Positions 62,404 to 64,000 of a stretch of DNA of 64,000 bases are shown piece by piece (position 1 is the stretch's first letter; each line of letters opens with the position of its first letter). Position numbers and translations under genes: made by a program. The stretch lies in IMG/VR virus record IMGVR_UViG_3300021400_001324, positions 13,830 to 77,829 of that record; one strand, written 5' to 3'. The stretch is from a virus. Taxonomy: Duplodnaviria; Caudoviricetes. The notes under the pieces were generated by a model. The model saw only the letters and a program-made list of their open reading frames with translations. It did not search any database and had not been told where the DNA came from.

Positions 62404-62796
62404 AACGATTATTTTCTAAATTTAAATGCGACAAATTAGATTGGCATATACCCGAAGATACAATTACTTATACAGGTGGAACTAACTTTAAGTCAAAATG
62501 TAAGTATTGCGGAAGACCTATTCTTTGGAGCAGTGGAGGATGGTTTGCTTGTAGTTTAAAGAAAGAAGGTAAAAAATGAAACTGTTTGGATTAGCTTTAT
62601 ATATGGGTAATTGGCCAGCTTTTTGTTTTGGCAAAAAAGCGTGAGTATGTAAAATAATATGGTCACCAGTATATCATAGATTCAAGTGCTATCAGTTTAT
62701 TTCTAATTCAGAAAACATATGGTGGGAAAGAGTTAATAGTTATCCTTTTAGATTCTTTGGTATAATGATATTGCCAAACGAAAATGTCTATGATTT

Positions 62797-63156
62797 ATGA
62801 CTATGGAAAATAAGAAAATATATTTTTGTGTTGATATTGTATCATTTTTAAGATTAAAATCCGAAATTAATACTGTAGGAGTAACACGTAATTATGATAG
62901 TACGCAACGATTACTTAAATTAAGGATTAATGAAATCATAACTACATCACTTGCTCATCTTTCATTTGACTTATTGGATTTAGGCTATGATATTTATCTT
63001 TGTTATAGAGGTAGAGATGTAAAAGTTGAACCAGGAATGCAGTTGCATATTGACGGTTCTCCTTGCAAAGAAATTAAAAGAGGCCACAACATATTTAAAT
63101 TGTTTCGTGCTGGAGTGTTTAATGAAATATTGGGGATCACTTATGATGACATCTGA
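62797..63156 (+). CDS. Hypothetical protein
   Basis: 119-aa ORF. Confidence 0.7.
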   Translation: MTMENKKIYFCVDIVSFLRLKSEINTVGVTRNYDSTQRLLKLRINEIITTSLAHLSFDLLDLGYDIYLCYRGRDVKVEPGMQLHIDGSPCKEIKRGHNIFKLFRAGVFNEILGITYDDI

Positions 63157-63445
63157 AAATAAAGATATAATCGAATGGTTCTTTAATCTTGTTGGCTATT
63201 TTAACCATTACGGATTTTTCACAAAGAAATTATGGAAAAAAGTAAAAGGGTTTGAACGAGAAGATGAAGCAGAAATAAAATGTATGTTCATGCATTATTG
63301 GTTTCATTATAAATTTGGTTACTATACTTGTCCGTGTGGTAGTAGTTGGTTTGCTGAAGTTGATAAAGATTCTTACGATAAATATATAACAAAATATAAA
63401 CCTATAATAGATGAATTTACAACATGGATGATAGAGCAAAGATGA
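63143..63445 (+). CDS. Hypothetical protein
   Basis: Start trimmed to MMTSENK. Confidence 0.65.
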   Translation: MMTSENKDIIEWFFNLVGYFNHYGFFTKKLWKKVKGFEREDEAEIKCMFMHYWFHYKFGYYTCPCGSSWFAEVDKDSYDKYITKYKPIIDEFTTWMIEQR

Positions 63446-63609
63446 CAAATCAACTTAAAAAATACCTTGAATGGCGGTGTCGAATGAATTGGCACACAAA
63501 ATATAGACATCTTATAGATAAGTGGATAGATAATGTATTGCCATATCAATGTGAATATTTTGAAAGAGAAATGAACAATCTTATTAATAGAGGAACTTAT
63601 AATTCATGA
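63442..63609 (+). CDS. Small hypothetical protein
   Basis: LKKYLEWRCRMNWHTKY. Confidence 0.6.
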   Translation: MTNQLKKYLEWRCRMNWHTKYRHLIDKWIDNVLPYQCEYFEREMNNLINRGTYNS

Positions 63610-63613
63610 AAAT

Positions 63614-64000
63614 ATGACACAAGAAAATAAACAGCTATTACTTCAAGATCTTTGTGGAAGATTGCCGTATGGAGTGAAAGTTCAATATTATAATGGAATA
63701 TATAACATTGATTATATTTCCGTATTATATGAAGAAATTAAACTAGATATTCCTGACAATTATACTATCGGAATATATGAAATTAAACCATATCTCCGTC
63801 CGATGTCTTCAATGACTGAGGAAGAATGCGATATGGTTGAAGAAATCCTTGGAGACAAGTGTATCTTTGACTTTATGAGTAATGGGGATATTGTTTTAAA
63901 ACAAGGACGATTTTCACAAGGTAAGTTGGCTAAATTACACGATTATTATAATTCTATCCATGTTGACTACCGAGGCTTAATCCAGAAAGGTATAGCGATT
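63614..64000 (+). CDS. Conserved Bacteroidetes-phage hypothetical protein, truncated by the window edge
   Basis: LLLQDLCGRLPYGVKV...IKPYLRPMSSMTEEE. Confidence 0.75.
   Translation, partial: MTQENKQLLLQDLCGRLPYGVKVQYYNGIYNIDYISVLYEEIKLDIPDNYTIGIYEIKPYLRPMSSMTEEECDMVEEILGDKCIFDFMSNGDIVLKQGRFSQGKLAKLHDYYNSIHVDYRGLIQKGIAI

Noticed and set aside
1-64000. TGA reassignment
   Set aside because: TGA ends many genes, often in ATGA overlaps with the next start (596, 6892, 10881, 17737, 19072)
1-64000. CRISPR or TIGR-type repeat-spacer array
   Set aside because: No run of three or more regularly spaced repeats was found by eye; the duplicated motif at 37.4/37.7 kb has only two copies

Overview
This window is 64 kb of a crAss-like (Crassvirales) Bacteroidetes phage genome with two arms transcribed away from an AT-rich spacer at about 32.65-33.17 kb. 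The left arm is mostly minus strand and holds late genes. It reads TAG as an amino acid (most likely Gln, code 15), so the standard-code ORF track shatters its genes. Reading through TAG restores a portal, a terminase large subunit, a GroES-like protein, a beta-helix tailspike, a PD-(D/E)xK nuclease, lysis and peptidoglycan enzymes, tail-fibre genes, and five large polyvalent-type proteins (HD, ART-like, HExxH metallopeptidase, permuted papain-like and lysozyme domains). Several of those five share a recurrent GG[KR]LI[PS]RK[FY] motif. The right arm is plus strand and holds short early or accessory genes in essentially standard code (the first two end in TAG), about 12 tRNA or tRNA-like genes and many structured non-coding stretches. 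The most striking observations are: (1) an amber-suppressor tRNA(CUA) whose anticodon is split by a group I intron and which lies in the recoded arm; (2) a tRNA-Lys(UUU) with a group I intron whose catalytic P7 helix is itself interrupted by a 162-nt U^...G-bounded hairpin insert; (3) the modular effector polyproteins; (4) several candidate new ncRNAs. All calls were made by hand translation and folding; no database searches were run.
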